From a virus: a stretch of DNA of 64,000 bases. The notes beneath the pieces were generated by a model. It was given only the letters and a program-made list of their open reading frames with translations, ran no database searches and was not told the origin of the DNA. Every line of letters begins with the position of its first letter. The stretch's first letter is position 1. The position numbers were made by a program, and so were the translations under genes. This document shows, piece after piece, positions 27,827 to 38,200 of the stretch. The stretch is from the IMG/VR virus record IMGVR_UViG_3300011113_000491, positions 59,466 to 123,465 of that record; one strand, given 5' to 3'.

Positions 27827-28299
27827 GCTGGTCAAAGAAATACAAAAAATCAATAGACTGCAATAACCCAAAAGGATTCTCCCAAAGGGCTCACTGTCAA
27901 GGTAGAAAGAAAAGAAAACTTAAAGAGTTCAAGGAGTACATCACTGAACAGGCAGAATTACAGAGCAAAGTTTCAGACTTTGTTGACTTTGCCACCAATT
28001 ACCTTGGACTCAGCAGAAGACCAAATGTTACTCTTCTCACTGTCAGGGAACCAAATATGACTACTGCGTACTACAACATAAAAGATGGTAATATGAAAAT
28101 ATATTCAAAAGGTAGAGCATGTTTTGACATTTGTAGAAGCATTGCACACGAGATGGTTCACCAAAAGCAACACGAAGAAATAGACAATCCAGACGATCTT
28201 GATGGTTCAACTGGATCACCACACGAAGATGAAGCAAATGCAGTTGCAGGACGAATGATTAGAACATATGGGGAACAGGTGCCTGGATTCTATGAATGA
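27823..28299 (+). CDS. HEXXH metallopeptidase-like protein with basic N-terminal module
   Basis: WSKKYKKSIDCNNPKGFSQRAHC; IAHEMVHQKQ..EDEANAVAG. Confidence 0.7.
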   Translation: MSWSKKYKKSIDCNNPKGFSQRAHCQGRKKRKLKEFKEYITEQAELQSKVSDFVDFATNYLGLSRRPNVTLLTVREPNMTTAYYNIKDGNMKIYSKGRACFDICRSIAHEMVHQKQHEEIDNPDDLDGSTGSPHEDEANAVAGRMIRTYGEQVPGFYE

Positions 28300-28954
28300 A
28301 ATAAAGCAACAACTTCTAACGGAAATCAAACAAAGATTCGGTTCATTCGATCACAAAGACATGAAAATAACCGATAAGAGATTTCCTTTGCAGATAAACA
28401 ACAAATACAAAAAAGATAAAAAGACAGTAAAAGAAAAAGCAAAAGAAGAAATTGAAAAAGGATATCATCGTGGTATAATAAGAAAAGCAAATTTACCTAC
28501 AAGTTATAGATTCAAACCAACAGCATTTAACACTGGTAAACTCTCATATTCTGGTTACACTGAGAGTGGAAACCACGAATATACGATAAAATCAGAAAAC
28601 GGTGATGTTAAAATAAACATAGATCACAGGAAGTCTAAGAAATCAAATCTTAAAAAAGGTTCACTAACAACCAGTAACATCAATATAGATTTTACAACAG
28701 AAAAACCATCTGAAGAGATAATGAACAGTATAATACCATCAATAGCACATCACATAAATTCACATGCACCAGACACAATCAATTTTGAAACCAAAAATTT
28801 AAAAGCATTTTATGACAAGATGATTGATGGTATATCCAAAAAATACAGGGTTTCCTCTAAAGAAGATGAAAACGGAAAACATTCTTGGACTCTACAAAGC
28901 AAAAAGATAACCCCAAAAATTCAACATCTAATTAAAAGTCTGCTAAATAAATAG
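28292..28954 (+). CDS. Hypothetical late protein
   Basis: MNEIKQQLLTE leader; C-terminus loosely resembles that of 6323-6778. Confidence 0.6.
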   Translation: MNEIKQQLLTEIKQRFGSFDHKDMKITDKRFPLQINNKYKKDKKTVKEKAKEEIEKGYHRGIIRKANLPTSYRFKPTAFNTGKLSYSGYTESGNHEYTIKSENGDVKINIDHRKSKKSNLKKGSLTTSNINIDFTTEKPSEEIMNSIIPSIAHHINSHAPDTINFETKNLKAFYDKMIDGISKKYRVSSKEDENGKHSWTLQSKKITPKIQHLIKSLLNK

Positions 28955-28986
28955 TAAACGATCAGTTATAAAATAAGGAGTAAACC

Positions 28987-29259
28987 ATGGCAAGCAATCC
29001 AAGATTCGCCGGAAATAACAGAAATAGAAGCGCAGATCAAGAAGCAAGACTAAGAATTGCTGAAAGACGACAAGGATTTCCAAATGGTAGTCCTCTAAGA
29101 CCAGTTGAAGATGTAAACAATGCAAGTCAAAAGTATCTGGAGAAGAGTAGATTTCATAAAGCAAATCAAATAGGAAACCAACCAGTTCCTCCACAGATAA
29201 ATGCAGCAGATCGTGATCTACAAAGAAGAGCAGAGAGAAAACAACAGAGACAGGACTGA
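28987..29259 (+). CDS. Hypothetical R/Q/N-rich protein
   Basis: TAAGGAG SD. Confidence 0.6.
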   Translation: MASNPRFAGNNRNRSADQEARLRIAERRQGFPNGSPLRPVEDVNNASQKYLEKSRFHKANQIGNQPVPPQINAADRDLQRRAERKQQRQD

Positions 29260-29261
29260 TA

Positions 29262-29564
29262 ATGCCTAATTATGGATTTGTGTGTGAAAATTGTGAAAAA
29301 ACATTCGAATGTTTGTTGAGTATGTCTAATAGAGATAATCCGTTAAATGAACCCTGCCCCCATTGCTTAAAGGAAGGTAAAGTTGTAAAGGATTTTCAAG
29401 GAATACGATGTGCTTTATCTTCTGATGCAACACTAACTCCCGACAAAGCAACAGGTGGTAGATGGTCGGAGTTGATGGGAAAGATGAAAAAGGGTTTAGC
29501 TCCGAGATATCATGGAAAATTAGATGCAGCAACAAATAGATCGGGGAGAAGATGGAAAGGCTGA
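29262..29564 (+). CDS. FmdB-like zinc-ribbon protein
   Basis: MPNYGFVCENC..FE..PCPHC. Confidence 0.8.
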   Translation: MPNYGFVCENCEKTFECLLSMSNRDNPLNEPCPHCLKEGKVVKDFQGIRCALSSDATLTPDKATGGRWSELMGKMKKGLAPRYHGKLDAATNRSGRRWKG

Positions 29565-30439
29565 CATTCAAAGAATTTATCTTAGAGGCAAAAGGAATAT
29601 TTGGTCAATACGGATCGGTTGACGCAACTCGGAGCTATCTTGAGTCTCAAGGTAAATTTAGATATACTAGTGCCATAGACGCATACTTTCAAAATAGATT
29701 TTGGAATCAGCAAGACGCAGGAAATAAAGTAGAAGTTCCCAAAGAGAACATTTCAAGAACATACACCGACACAATATCATCTCTAAAGCAAAGCGGTCAA
29801 GCCCCAGTTTCTAGAGATTATAGATCACAAGTTATCAGAAATAGAAGAATAGCGGCAGGGGAAAAGGTATTGCCTTCCGATCTTCTAAAAGAAGCAAGAA
29901 AACTTACAGCAAAAATATCCTCTCCCAGACTGAGGGTATTTGACTTCGACAATACGATTGCAAATACTAATTCTCGTGTAATAATAAAAGACAAGAAGAC
30001 AGGCGAAGTCATTCAAAAACTTTCATCAGCAGATTATGCAAAATACAGACCACAAAAATCTCATGAGTCTGACTTTTCTGAGTTCTCTAAAGTAATTAAT
30101 CCCAGAGCAATATTTCAAATACAAGGAATAATGCAGAATCTTTCTAAAAAGAATAGACCATATACAATATTAACCGCTAGACCACAATCTGCATCTAAAG
30201 AAATATTAAGATACTTGAAAAAACAAGGCCTGAGCAGCAAAGGAGTACGAGTTGTTGGACTTGGTACGTCTGATCCTGAAGCAAAAGCAAGATATCTTTC
30301 TGGGATTCTTCAAAAAGGAAAACACACCCATTTAGAATTCTTTGATGATCATCATGAAAACGTAAGACATGTTGCAAAACTATCTAAATTATTTCCGGGT
30401 ATAAATATAAAAGCAAGACACATAGCATACGGAGACTAA
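29552..30439 (+). CDS. HAD-superfamily phosphatase with internal-protein-like leader
   Basis: LTFKEFILE; VFDFDNTI, ILTAR, K, FFDD. Confidence 0.75.
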   Translation: MERLTFKEFILEAKGIFGQYGSVDATRSYLESQGKFRYTSAIDAYFQNRFWNQQDAGNKVEVPKENISRTYTDTISSLKQSGQAPVSRDYRSQVIRNRRIAAGEKVLPSDLLKEARKLTAKISSPRLRVFDFDNTIANTNSRVIIKDKKTGEVIQKLSSADYAKYRPQKSHESDFSEFSKVINPRAIFQIQGIMQNLSKKNRPYTILTARPQSASKEILRYLKKQGLSSKGVRVVGLGTSDPEAKARYLSGILQKGKHTHLEFFDDHHENVRHVAKLSKLFPGINIKARHIAYGD

Positions 30440-30440
30440 A

Positions 30441-31430
30441 ATGGACAAAAAAACATATTTGAGCTGGATTTCATCTGAAGTAGAAAAGAAAAATTTTTAC
30501 AATTTAGATGAAGCAAAGAAGAAAGCAACTAAAAAACCAACCTTGACACATCCAGAATTAAAAACAGCAGCAAATGCTCTAATTGAACCATTTGCTGATA
30601 AGATTGCAGCGGCAATAGATAGAATTGGTCAAGAGAGAGTTTCTTTGTCCTCTCCAAAATCAGATGATGATGAAGCACTTCCATCCGTTGATGAATTTCA
30701 ACCATCATTTTCCAAAGAACCAGTGAGCATAAAGTACGGAAAAGCAGCTGGGTATACTAAATCTCAACATCCAAGTGATAAATCTTCAATAATCGATACA
30801 CTGAATCAAATGTATGCAGTAAATGAAGAAAATCTAAATGAGTTCAGTGCTGCGGCCGCCCAAAGAGTTACACCAGCAAAGAGAATAGGAAAAACAAAAA
30901 GTTTCAGTAGATCCGCAAGTAAAGAAACTGGTGGAGCAATTGTAAGAGTAGGTGGAGCAAAACCACAGACATCAACTGGTGGAGCAATTGTAAGAGTAGG
31001 TGGAACAAAACCAGCACCAACTTCATCCGGCGGAGCAATAGTTCTTGCTAGAAGATCACCAATAAGAACAGTTCCATCAGAAAATACCACCGGAGGAGCA
31101 CTAACAACAACTGGAGGAAATACGACAGGTGGTACAAGTGCGACTCCAGTAACTACCACAAGACTTCCAAACATTAGAACTACAAATAGAATAACTAATG
31201 TAAGAAATATTGGTGGAGACATCAATGTTGCAAGAGCAGGAAGAGATCAATACGGAACCCAAGTAGGAACAGGTAATAAAAATACAGGGACTATGGGGCA
31301 AAGAATTGGTAGAATGCAGGGTAGTTCACAAGTAACTGGACAAATTAGTGGAAGCAACAACACAGTTGTCGGTCGTAATCTAAGAGAAATGACCGCAGAA
31401 ATAGTCAAAAGAAAGCTTTGTATTATCTAA
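30441..31430 (+). CDS. Low-complexity late protein with GGAIV repeats and AGRD module
   Basis: (T/S)GGAIV three times plus TGGALT; module shared with 24509-25249. Confidence 0.7.
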   Translation: MDKKTYLSWISSEVEKKNFYNLDEAKKKATKKPTLTHPELKTAANALIEPFADKIAAAIDRIGQERVSLSSPKSDDDEALPSVDEFQPSFSKEPVSIKYGKAAGYTKSQHPSDKSSIIDTLNQMYAVNEENLNEFSAAAAQRVTPAKRIGKTKSFSRSASKETGGAIVRVGGAKPQTSTGGAIVRVGGTKPAPTSSGGAIVLARRSPIRTVPSENTTGGALTTTGGNTTGGTSATPVTTTRLPNIRTTNRITNVRNIGGDINVARAGRDQYGTQVGTGNKNTGTMGQRIGRMQGSSQVTGQISGSNNTVVGRNLREMTAEIVKRKLCII

Positions 31431-31431
31431 T

Positions 31432-32127
31432 ATGATCGTAGTTGGTAATTTTCATCATGTAAAAACCGATCTTGAACTTCCAAATCTAGAAAGACTTGAA
31501 GTAGCAGGGGAACGATTCTACCAGACACCAGATGGTAGAGTATATCCCTCTGTAACCACTGTAACTGGATTTGAAAAGCGATCATTTTTTGCCGAATGGA
31601 GAAGAAACAATCCCACAGAGTCAAAGAGAGTTTGTTCTAGAGGCAATAGTCTTCACTCTGTAGTCGAAAAATATTTACTTAACGAAAGAGTAGATTTATC
31701 TGAGCTGGGTGATATAGAAAGAGATCTATTCCACACCATAAAACCAGAAGTAGATAAAATAACGAACATATATTGTCTAGAATCTCCTCTTTACAGTAGA
31801 ACACTTCAGTTGGCTGGTAGAGTGGATTGTATTGCCATGCACGAAGGAAAATTAGCAGTAATAGATTTCAAAGGCAGTACCAGAAACAAGAAGAGAAATG
31901 AAATAGAAAACTATTTCTTACAAGCAAGTGCATATTCATTGATGTTTCAAGAAATGACTGGAATCAAAATTCCTGATATTAAAATATTGTTGGCATCGGA
32001 GGAAGGAATTTGTCAAGTTTTTGAAGACAAAGTTATAAATAATGTTGGTAGATTAAAAGAAGTCATAGACACATACTTTGATTATATTAGAAACATGAGG
32101 AACAACAATGAAGCGACTACGACTTGA
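31432..32127 (+). CDS. PD-(D/E)XK exonuclease
   Basis: YPSVTTV, RGNSLH, AGRVDCI, IDFKGS, YFLQASAY. Confidence 0.85.
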   Translation: MIVVGNFHHVKTDLELPNLERLEVAGERFYQTPDGRVYPSVTTVTGFEKRSFFAEWRRNNPTESKRVCSRGNSLHSVVEKYLLNERVDLSELGDIERDLFHTIKPEVDKITNIYCLESPLYSRTLQLAGRVDCIAMHEGKLAVIDFKGSTRNKKRNEIENYFLQASAYSLMFQEMTGIKIPDIKILLASEEGICQVFEDKVINNVGRLKEVIDTYFDYIRNMRNNNEATTT

Positions 32128-32512
32128 AGAAGTGAACAGAAGAAACTCAGTTACATGGACCGCATGTAATGATGATTCTAGATCACTAGTATGGAGAAAA
32201 CTTTTTATTGAAAGTTTTGGTGGTAAATTCTTAAGAGAAGGTCGCTACTGGAAATGGGAAGAAAACAAAAAAGAACAAATTATTCCAAGAAAATCTTGGG
32301 TGTTTTCAGACAAAAATAGTAAAGAGGTAAGAATAACTAATTTTACCGAATACTGCAAAGAACACGATTTGAGTAGATCCGCTATGTATGAAGTCATGAG
32401 TGGTAAAAGACGACAGCACAAGGGGTACACATTCTTGGCAGAAGAAATAAACGGTGTAAAAATAGTTCGACTTTTCGATCCACCGTCAAACGACGAAGAA
32501 AAAGTAGTCTAA
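32108..32512 (+). CDS. Hypothetical protein with small HTH-like module
   Basis: NFTEYCKEHDLSRSAMYEVMSGKRRQHKGY. Confidence 0.6.
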   Translation: MKRLRLEEVNRRNSVTWTACNDDSRSLVWRKLFIESFGGKFLREGRYWKWEENKKEQIIPRKSWVFSDKNSKEVRITNFTEYCKEHDLSRSAMYEVMSGKRRQHKGYTFLAEEINGVKIVRLFDPPSNDEEKVV

Positions 32513-32530
32513 TATAGTCAAGTTTGTGCC

Positions 32531-32558
32531 AACCAGAGGATTACCCTCTGGTTTTTTA
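32531..32558 (+). terminator. Intrinsic terminator
   Basis: AACCAGAGG..CCTCTGGTT then a T-tract; TATAAATA follows at 32563. Confidence 0.75.
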
Positions 32559-32588
32559 TCTGTATAAATACAGTACAGGAACTAATTT

Positions 32589-35213
32589 ATGGCAAAAAGT
32601 ATAGTCGTAACATATGGTAGATTCAATCCCCCAACGGCGGGACACCACTTACTAGCACAAGAAGTGGTGCGTCAGGCGGGAGAAATGGGTGCAGATCATA
32701 TGATCTATGGTAGTATGAGTGCAGATCCCAAAAAGAATCCACTTACCCCAGAACAAAAAGCAAAGCACATGGGAAGAGTTCTAGGAACTCCAAGAGTCCA
32801 TGTTGGTGAGGGTGCAAGAAATCCATTTGAGATGCTTCATCATTTAAGTCAGCAGGGGTATGACACGGTTCATATGGTTCTTGGTTCAGATAGAGCAGAT
32901 GAAGGTATATTCAACAAAATGAAACAATATGTTGAAAGTGGTGAACTGCCTGGAGTTGGAAAACTTGGAATCAAGAGACTTACAGGTTCAACTGCCGGTG
33001 CAGCAAGAAGTGATGATGCCAAAGGTCTAGCTGGTATTTCCGGTACGAAGCAAAGAGCTTTTGTTTCTGCTGGAGACTTTGCTGGATTCAGAAAAGGTCT
33101 TCCCGGACATGTTTCTGAAGAGCATGCAAGAGAACTTTTCGATGACGTTAGGGCTGGAATGCAAGGATCAACTAAATCCAGGCCAAAAAAGAAAGTATCC
33201 AAAAAGAAAGTTGCAAAGAAAGTAAAGAAGAAACTTAAAGAAAGTTTATACTTTGGTCCCTTGTCGTTTGTTATCAATTCATTTTTGACAGAATCGCAAA
33301 AGAAAACAACGGTAGAAAGAAAAACATCACAGAATACAAGAAAAAGAAACCAAAGAACTAACGACAAGGCAAAACAAGCCTCAGGTGATTTGTCTCAATA
33401 CATGATTGTTAGCACAAAACAAAATAAAATTGAAATTATTACAAAGGGCGCATACAGAAGCAAAAATCATGTGATTGTGACCCCACCAGAAAAAATGAGT
33501 ACTGGCGCAATGTCTAAAGCCGCCAAAGACAAAAACTTTAGAGCAACACCAACTTCTGTAAAATTAGGATTTGGAAAGAAAGAAGATTTAGAAAAAGAAG
33601 GAAAATCAGAGAAGAAAAAATCACAGGCGAGAGGAAAAACCAAAAGCGAAAAACAAGAAGCACCCCAAGCTCTACCACAAAGAGTTCCGAGAGTGTCTGG
33701 TTCAAAATCAAGTTTTCCAGATGACGATCATGCTGCTGGAGATATGGAATCTGGAATTGTTGCCGCATTCAATGAAGCAATGGGCATATCACTAGAAAAG
33801 CAAATAAAAGAAAAACTAATTACACCAGAAGCAGCAGAATTTATAAAAAATAGCACCACTCTCGGAGACTCGGCCAGAAGAACATTACAGGTTATTTCAG
33901 AACAACTATCTGTAAAACATCCTGGATCTAACTTTGCTGCAATACACTATGGAGCAACAAAAACAGAAAGACTAAGTAAATTTTGGACTGGTTATGGCGG
34001 AGTAGATAACACACCAAAGTCTGACATATTGTTCCGTGACATGAACACTGGACAAATTATTGGTGTTTCTGTGAAGTGTGGACCATCACAGTTGATGTCG
34101 GGTAAGGCCGGCGGCGAAGCAACTGCTACTGTATATACCGCACTTGAAGGAATGGACAAACGAAAATTAGAACCAAAAGTTCAAAAGAAAGTTCAAAAAC
34201 TAATAAAAGCACTAAAAAATTTAGTGAATGAACCAAGAAGAACTAAAGGTGGAGATATATCTGATTACCTAAAAGGAGAACTGAAAGGTAAAGACGAAGA
34301 TATATTGTTGTTCGACAAACTTCATAAAGATGCAAAAAAGGATCTAGAAGATCTGTTATCAGAAAGTAAAGAATTTAGAAAAGGATTTGTTTTTGAAGCA
34401 CTAACTGGTGCAGCAAAATTTGATACAGGAAATCCAAAGAAAATAAGTCCTGCTGTAGCACAATATGTACTGTCCATGAATAGAGATGGAACAGAAACAT
34501 CATTATCTCAAATAACACCAGAATATGCAGATAAAGTTGCAGATGCTTTAAGTTTCGTTATTCGTTTTAAGAGTAGTTCTGTAAAATCATCCGAAGCAGT
34601 GGCATTTCAAAAGAAGACTGGTAAAAAACTATATTCATACTGGAGTGTGATATCAATGGTTCTAAATCCAAAGAAGTTCATAAAAGAATCATTTACTTAT
34701 AATCCAGTTCTAAGTAGTCTGCTAAATGAAGATCCTGTAACAGACAGAGAAACTTTAGAAATTTTAGATCAAATTGAAAATGAAATTGGTGGAGATATCT
34801 ACTCTTTAATGCAGTTCCTAGAGATTGAACCCGAATCGTTTTCAACTGGAGACATTGACTTTACAAACTTTGGAAAAGTAGAATCAGGATTCTATAACAC
34901 AGTTGTAATAGGAGATAAACAATTTGAAATACCAGTAGAAAAGAATGTAATAGAACAAGTTTATATTTCTTTTGCTAAAAAATTCCTACTAGAAAAAAGA
35001 AACTATAGAAAAGAGTATGACAATTACCAAGGTCGTTCAGATCAGATTGAGAAGAGATCAAGTCGCAACAAGGCAAGAAGACTTCTCAAGAAGATGGGTA
35101 GAGTAAGAGATGGGGACGGAAAAGATGTTGATCACAAGAATGGCAACCCAAAAGATAATAGTGTTAAAAATCTAAGAGTTACCAGCAAGTCCCACAACAG
35201 ATCCAAGAGGTAA
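32589..35213 (+). CDS. Cytidylyltransferase-like / PD-(D/E)XK-like / HNH multidomain protein
   Basis: YGRFNPPTAGH, GSDR, ISGTKQR; TPKSDI..VSVK; DVDHKNGNPKDNSVKNL. Confidence 0.75.
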   Translation: MAKSIVVTYGRFNPPTAGHHLLAQEVVRQAGEMGADHMIYGSMSADPKKNPLTPEQKAKHMGRVLGTPRVHVGEGARNPFEMLHHLSQQGYDTVHMVLGSDRADEGIFNKMKQYVESGELPGVGKLGIKRLTGSTAGAARSDDAKGLAGISGTKQRAFVSAGDFAGFRKGLPGHVSEEHARELFDDVRAGMQGSTKSRPKKKVSKKKVAKKVKKKLKESLYFGPLSFVINSFLTESQKKTTVERKTSQNTRKRNQRTNDKAKQASGDLSQYMIVSTKQNKIEIITKGAYRSKNHVIVTPPEKMSTGAMSKAAKDKNFRATPTSVKLGFGKKEDLEKEGKSEKKKSQARGKTKSEKQEAPQALPQRVPRVSGSKSSFPDDDHAAGDMESGIVAAFNEAMGISLEKQIKEKLITPEAAEFIKNSTTLGDSARRTLQVISEQLSVKHPGSNFAAIHYGATKTERLSKFWTGYGGVDNTPKSDILFRDMNTGQIIGVSVKCGPSQLMSGKAGGEATATVYTALEGMDKRKLEPKVQKKVQKLIKALKNLVNEPRRTKGGDISDYLKGELKGKDEDILLFDKLHKDAKKDLEDLLSESKEFRKGFVFEALTGAAKFDTGNPKKISPAVAQYVLSMNRDGTETSLSQITPEYADKVADALSFVIRFKSSSVKSSEAVAFQKKTGKKLYSYWSVISMVLNPKKFIKESFTYNPVLSSLLNEDPVTDRETLEILDQIENEIGGDIYSLMQFLEIEPESFSTGDIDFTNFGKVESGFYNTVVIGDKQFEIPVEKNVIEQVYISFAKKFLLEKRNYRKEYDNYQGRSDQIEKRSSRNKARRLLKKMGRVRDGDGKDVDHKNGNPKDNSVKNLRVTSKSHNRSKR

Positions 35214-35215
35214 TC

Positions 35216-35848
35216 ATGCAGGAAGTAGATCTTATTAAAGAGTTTAGTTTTAATTATTGGATCGAACTTGGGATTGCGGTTGGAGTTGCTGTTGGTGCTG
35301 CTGTGTGGAAATTGTGGCCAAAGAAAAAAGAAGAAATAGAAGATCATATGGACTGGAGAGTTCATAGTGACATACACGAACAACTAACAGAACTAAGAGT
35401 TCTCTCGGATGCTGCCAGAGCACAATTAATTCGTTTCCACAATGGCGAATACTTTATGGATGGTGTGTCCATGAGAAAACTTTCTCTGACTCATGAATCT
35501 GTTTCTCGTGGAGTCGCTGCTGAAGGTGACAAAAAAACAAATCTACTCATCTCCCTTTTTGCACCACTCATTGAAAAGATAATCAACAATTCAGCAGACA
35601 TGCATTTCATGACATCCGAAAGAGAAGGATTTCATAAGTCTTTCATGGAGATATCAAATGTAAACTCTTTTATGGTTCTTCCAGTAAAGTACAAGAACAA
35701 CATCTCTGGGTATCTTATGCTACAGTGGTGCAGTCCAACAAAGACAAAGAAGGCAATAAATAATATAGTTCAAACATCTAAACTTATAACAGATGCAAGA
35801 GACAGAATACAAGTTCTTCTTGAAGAACAAACGAGGGTGAAGAAATGA
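35216..35848 (+). CDS. Single-TM protein with GAF-like domain (T4 holin T-like architecture)
   Basis: N-terminal TM; RAQLIRFHNG..LSLTHE..FMVLPVKY..ISGYLMLQW. Confidence 0.55.
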   Translation: MQEVDLIKEFSFNYWIELGIAVGVAVGAAVWKLWPKKKEEIEDHMDWRVHSDIHEQLTELRVLSDAARAQLIRFHNGEYFMDGVSMRKLSLTHESVSRGVAAEGDKKTNLLISLFAPLIEKIINNSADMHFMTSEREGFHKSFMEISNVNSFMVLPVKYKNNISGYLMLQWCSPTKTKKAINNIVQTSKLITDARDRIQVLLEEQTRVKK

Positions 35849-38172
35849 AGGGATTGAAGAAAGCAAAAACACCTGAAGAAATTGCAAAAGAAAAAGGTGT
35901 CCCACTTGAGGATGTCATTCGTCAATTACAGATGGGTGTAAAGGTTGAAAAAGAACACACAACCGATAAAGATATTGCAACACATATTGCTTTACAACAC
36001 CTAGAAGAACTTCCAACAAAGTACTACTCGATGTTGAAGAAGATGGAAAAGGCAGCAATGAACGAAGATTTAAGAAATTGGTTCAATCCAAAACACCCGG
36101 ATGGTGGATGGAAAAGAATCAATTCAAAAGGAGAGGCGGTAGGACCATGCGCGAGAGGATCAAGTTCAGAACCCAAACCAAAATGCATGTCGAACAAGAA
36201 AAGAAAACAACTCAGCAAAAAACGAAGGGCTGCGGCTGTAAGGGCAAAAAGAAAACATGATCCTGTCGCGGATCGTGCAGGAAAAGGTGGCAAACCAGTA
36301 AATGTTTCTAACTTTGGAAAGGGAAGGATATCAGAGGAAATGGAATACTTAGCAGAAAAGAATGTACCAACAAATCCAGAATTATGGTCAAAAGCAAAAT
36401 CACTTGCGAGATCCAAGTTTGATGTTTATCCTTCCGCCTACGCCAATGGTTGGGCAGCCAAATGGTATAAGAATAAAGGTGGCGGATGGAAGAAGGGCAA
36501 GGTAGACGAATCAGTTCTGTTTGGAATTTTAAATAGAAAAACTGGTAAGTTTAAAACAGATCCCAATCAAACCGATCCATCGACAGGAATGCCTATGGCA
36601 GTTCAATTTACCTCTCAGTCAGAGGGAATTCCAACAGTAATGTCTCAACCAGATAAAGACGATTTGATGATAACTGTATATGATCCTAAAAAAGAAACAA
36701 TAGATGAAAAGATTTCTTTCTTCTATAAACATCAAAAATCAAAACTTTTAGGAGAAGATCATGCTGCAATTGAAAGTGGAGAGATGATTGATGATGAGGG
36801 TCAAATGGCAGCAAATCAACTCGACACAATTCAACACGCAATAGAGAGACTAAGAGATAAAATCAAAGGAAAGAAACAACAACTTCCTGCATGGGTTCAA
36901 TCCAAGATAACCAACGCAACAGATGGTATTGACACTGTTGCAGACTATATGTCTAGCGATTCTGAAGAAGAATTGAATGAGAATTTTGTTTATGATCATG
37001 GAACTAAAGGATATAGAGCACATAATCCAAATACAGATCCCCCTGTAAAACGAATTCCAGACAATGCACCTGTAGTAGAGCTCGGAGGAAAAAGTAGAGA
37101 AAAAGTTCTTAGAGGAAGAAGTGTGGAAGGAGCTCTAAAAGACATTACAACCCCCCGAACTGGACTAAGGGGATTAATTCAAAGAATAAAGAGTGTATTT
37201 GTAAGAGAAGATGTTCAGGGAAACAAAGAAAGTTATGCAGATTACCAAGCAAGACTTCAGGGACATGTTGGTGCTGGTAGATTTGATCAATTAGTAGATC
37301 ACCACGACAAAGTTCATGCTGCAATGGGATATCTGAAAAGTTTAGAACCACACTATAAGAAAGCAATTCCTCTAGTAATAAGGGCTATGGGTGGAAGTGG
37401 TGGTAATCAACACGCAAGAGGTATGGTTGTTACTGGGGTGAGTGGAATGAAACTGACTGGTAGACCAACAGGAGCAGGAGGTCATGCTGCTTCTCATAAA
37501 AGAGATGTTGCCAATCATATAAAAGACATAACCGGTCTCCATAGAAGTTTCTATGCTTCTCTAAGACCAGATCATTACCACACCTTAATTAGTATTTTTG
37601 GTGACATGTTTACTGAAAAGGGTAAACAAAGACTGGAAGAAGCAAAGAAACCATACAAAGGGTTTGTAAAGGGAAAGAACCACCCAGAAGGCGGACTCTC
37701 TCGTTCTGAAGCAAGAAGACAGGGTATTCATGCCGGAATCGAAACCAAACGAGAAGCACAAAAGAAGGGTGGATTCGGTAAACTCTCAGGTAAGACTCAG
37801 AAGAGAAGAAAATCATTCTGCTCTCGCATGTGTGGAATGAAGAAAAGAAGAACCAGTGCAAAGACGGCAAGAGATCCAAAGAGCAAGATTAATGCCGCTT
37901 TACGAGTCTGGGGATGTCGCTGTGAGTCATATAACCCAACCTGCGATGTGTGTGAGCACGAAAAACAACTCCTAATGCACGAAGAAGTGGTTAATAAGAA
38001 AAATAAAGGGACAATGACCAAAGCAGAAATTTCTAAAAGAGACGAAAAGGCAAAAGGTATAAAACCACAACCAATCAAAGGCGACACCGACGATGAGTCA
38101 AGACACCGTATTGCGACATACATCACTTTAAGAGCGCGTGGTGGTGGAAAGAAGAAGAAAGCAAAGAAATAA
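35845..38172 (+). CDS. Mosaic basic polyprotein of short phage modules
   Basis: GVKVEKEHT; EDLRNWF..PKC; YPSAYAN; LPAWVQSKIT; RRKSFCSRM..ALRVWGC; modules separated by (L/M/V)xE. Confidence 0.75.
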   Translation: MKGLKKAKTPEEIAKEKGVPLEDVIRQLQMGVKVEKEHTTDKDIATHIALQHLEELPTKYYSMLKKMEKAAMNEDLRNWFNPKHPDGGWKRINSKGEAVGPCARGSSSEPKPKCMSNKKRKQLSKKRRAAAVRAKRKHDPVADRAGKGGKPVNVSNFGKGRISEEMEYLAEKNVPTNPELWSKAKSLARSKFDVYPSAYANGWAAKWYKNKGGGWKKGKVDESVLFGILNRKTGKFKTDPNQTDPSTGMPMAVQFTSQSEGIPTVMSQPDKDDLMITVYDPKKETIDEKISFFYKHQKSKLLGEDHAAIESGEMIDDEGQMAANQLDTIQHAIERLRDKIKGKKQQLPAWVQSKITNATDGIDTVADYMSSDSEEELNENFVYDHGTKGYRAHNPNTDPPVKRIPDNAPVVELGGKSREKVLRGRSVEGALKDITTPRTGLRGLIQRIKSVFVREDVQGNKESYADYQARLQGHVGAGRFDQLVDHHDKVHAAMGYLKSLEPHYKKAIPLVIRAMGGSGGNQHARGMVVTGVSGMKLTGRPTGAGGHAASHKRDVANHIKDITGLHRSFYASLRPDHYHTLISIFGDMFTEKGKQRLEEAKKPYKGFVKGKNHPEGGLSRSEARRQGIHAGIETKREAQKKGGFGKLSGKTQKRRKSFCSRMCGMKKRRTSAKTARDPKSKINAALRVWGCRCESYNPTCDVCEHEKQLLMHEEVVNKKNKGTMTKAEISKRDEKAKGIKPQPIKGDTDDESRHRIATYITLRARGGGKKKKAKK

Positions 38173-38200
38173 GGGTTATAAATAAGACTAGGAGACAAAA

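Noticed and set aside
31432-32127. Cas4 / CRISPR adaptation gene
   Set aside because: Lacks the Fe-S cysteine cluster; matches the common phage PD-(D/E)XK exonuclease; no array nearby
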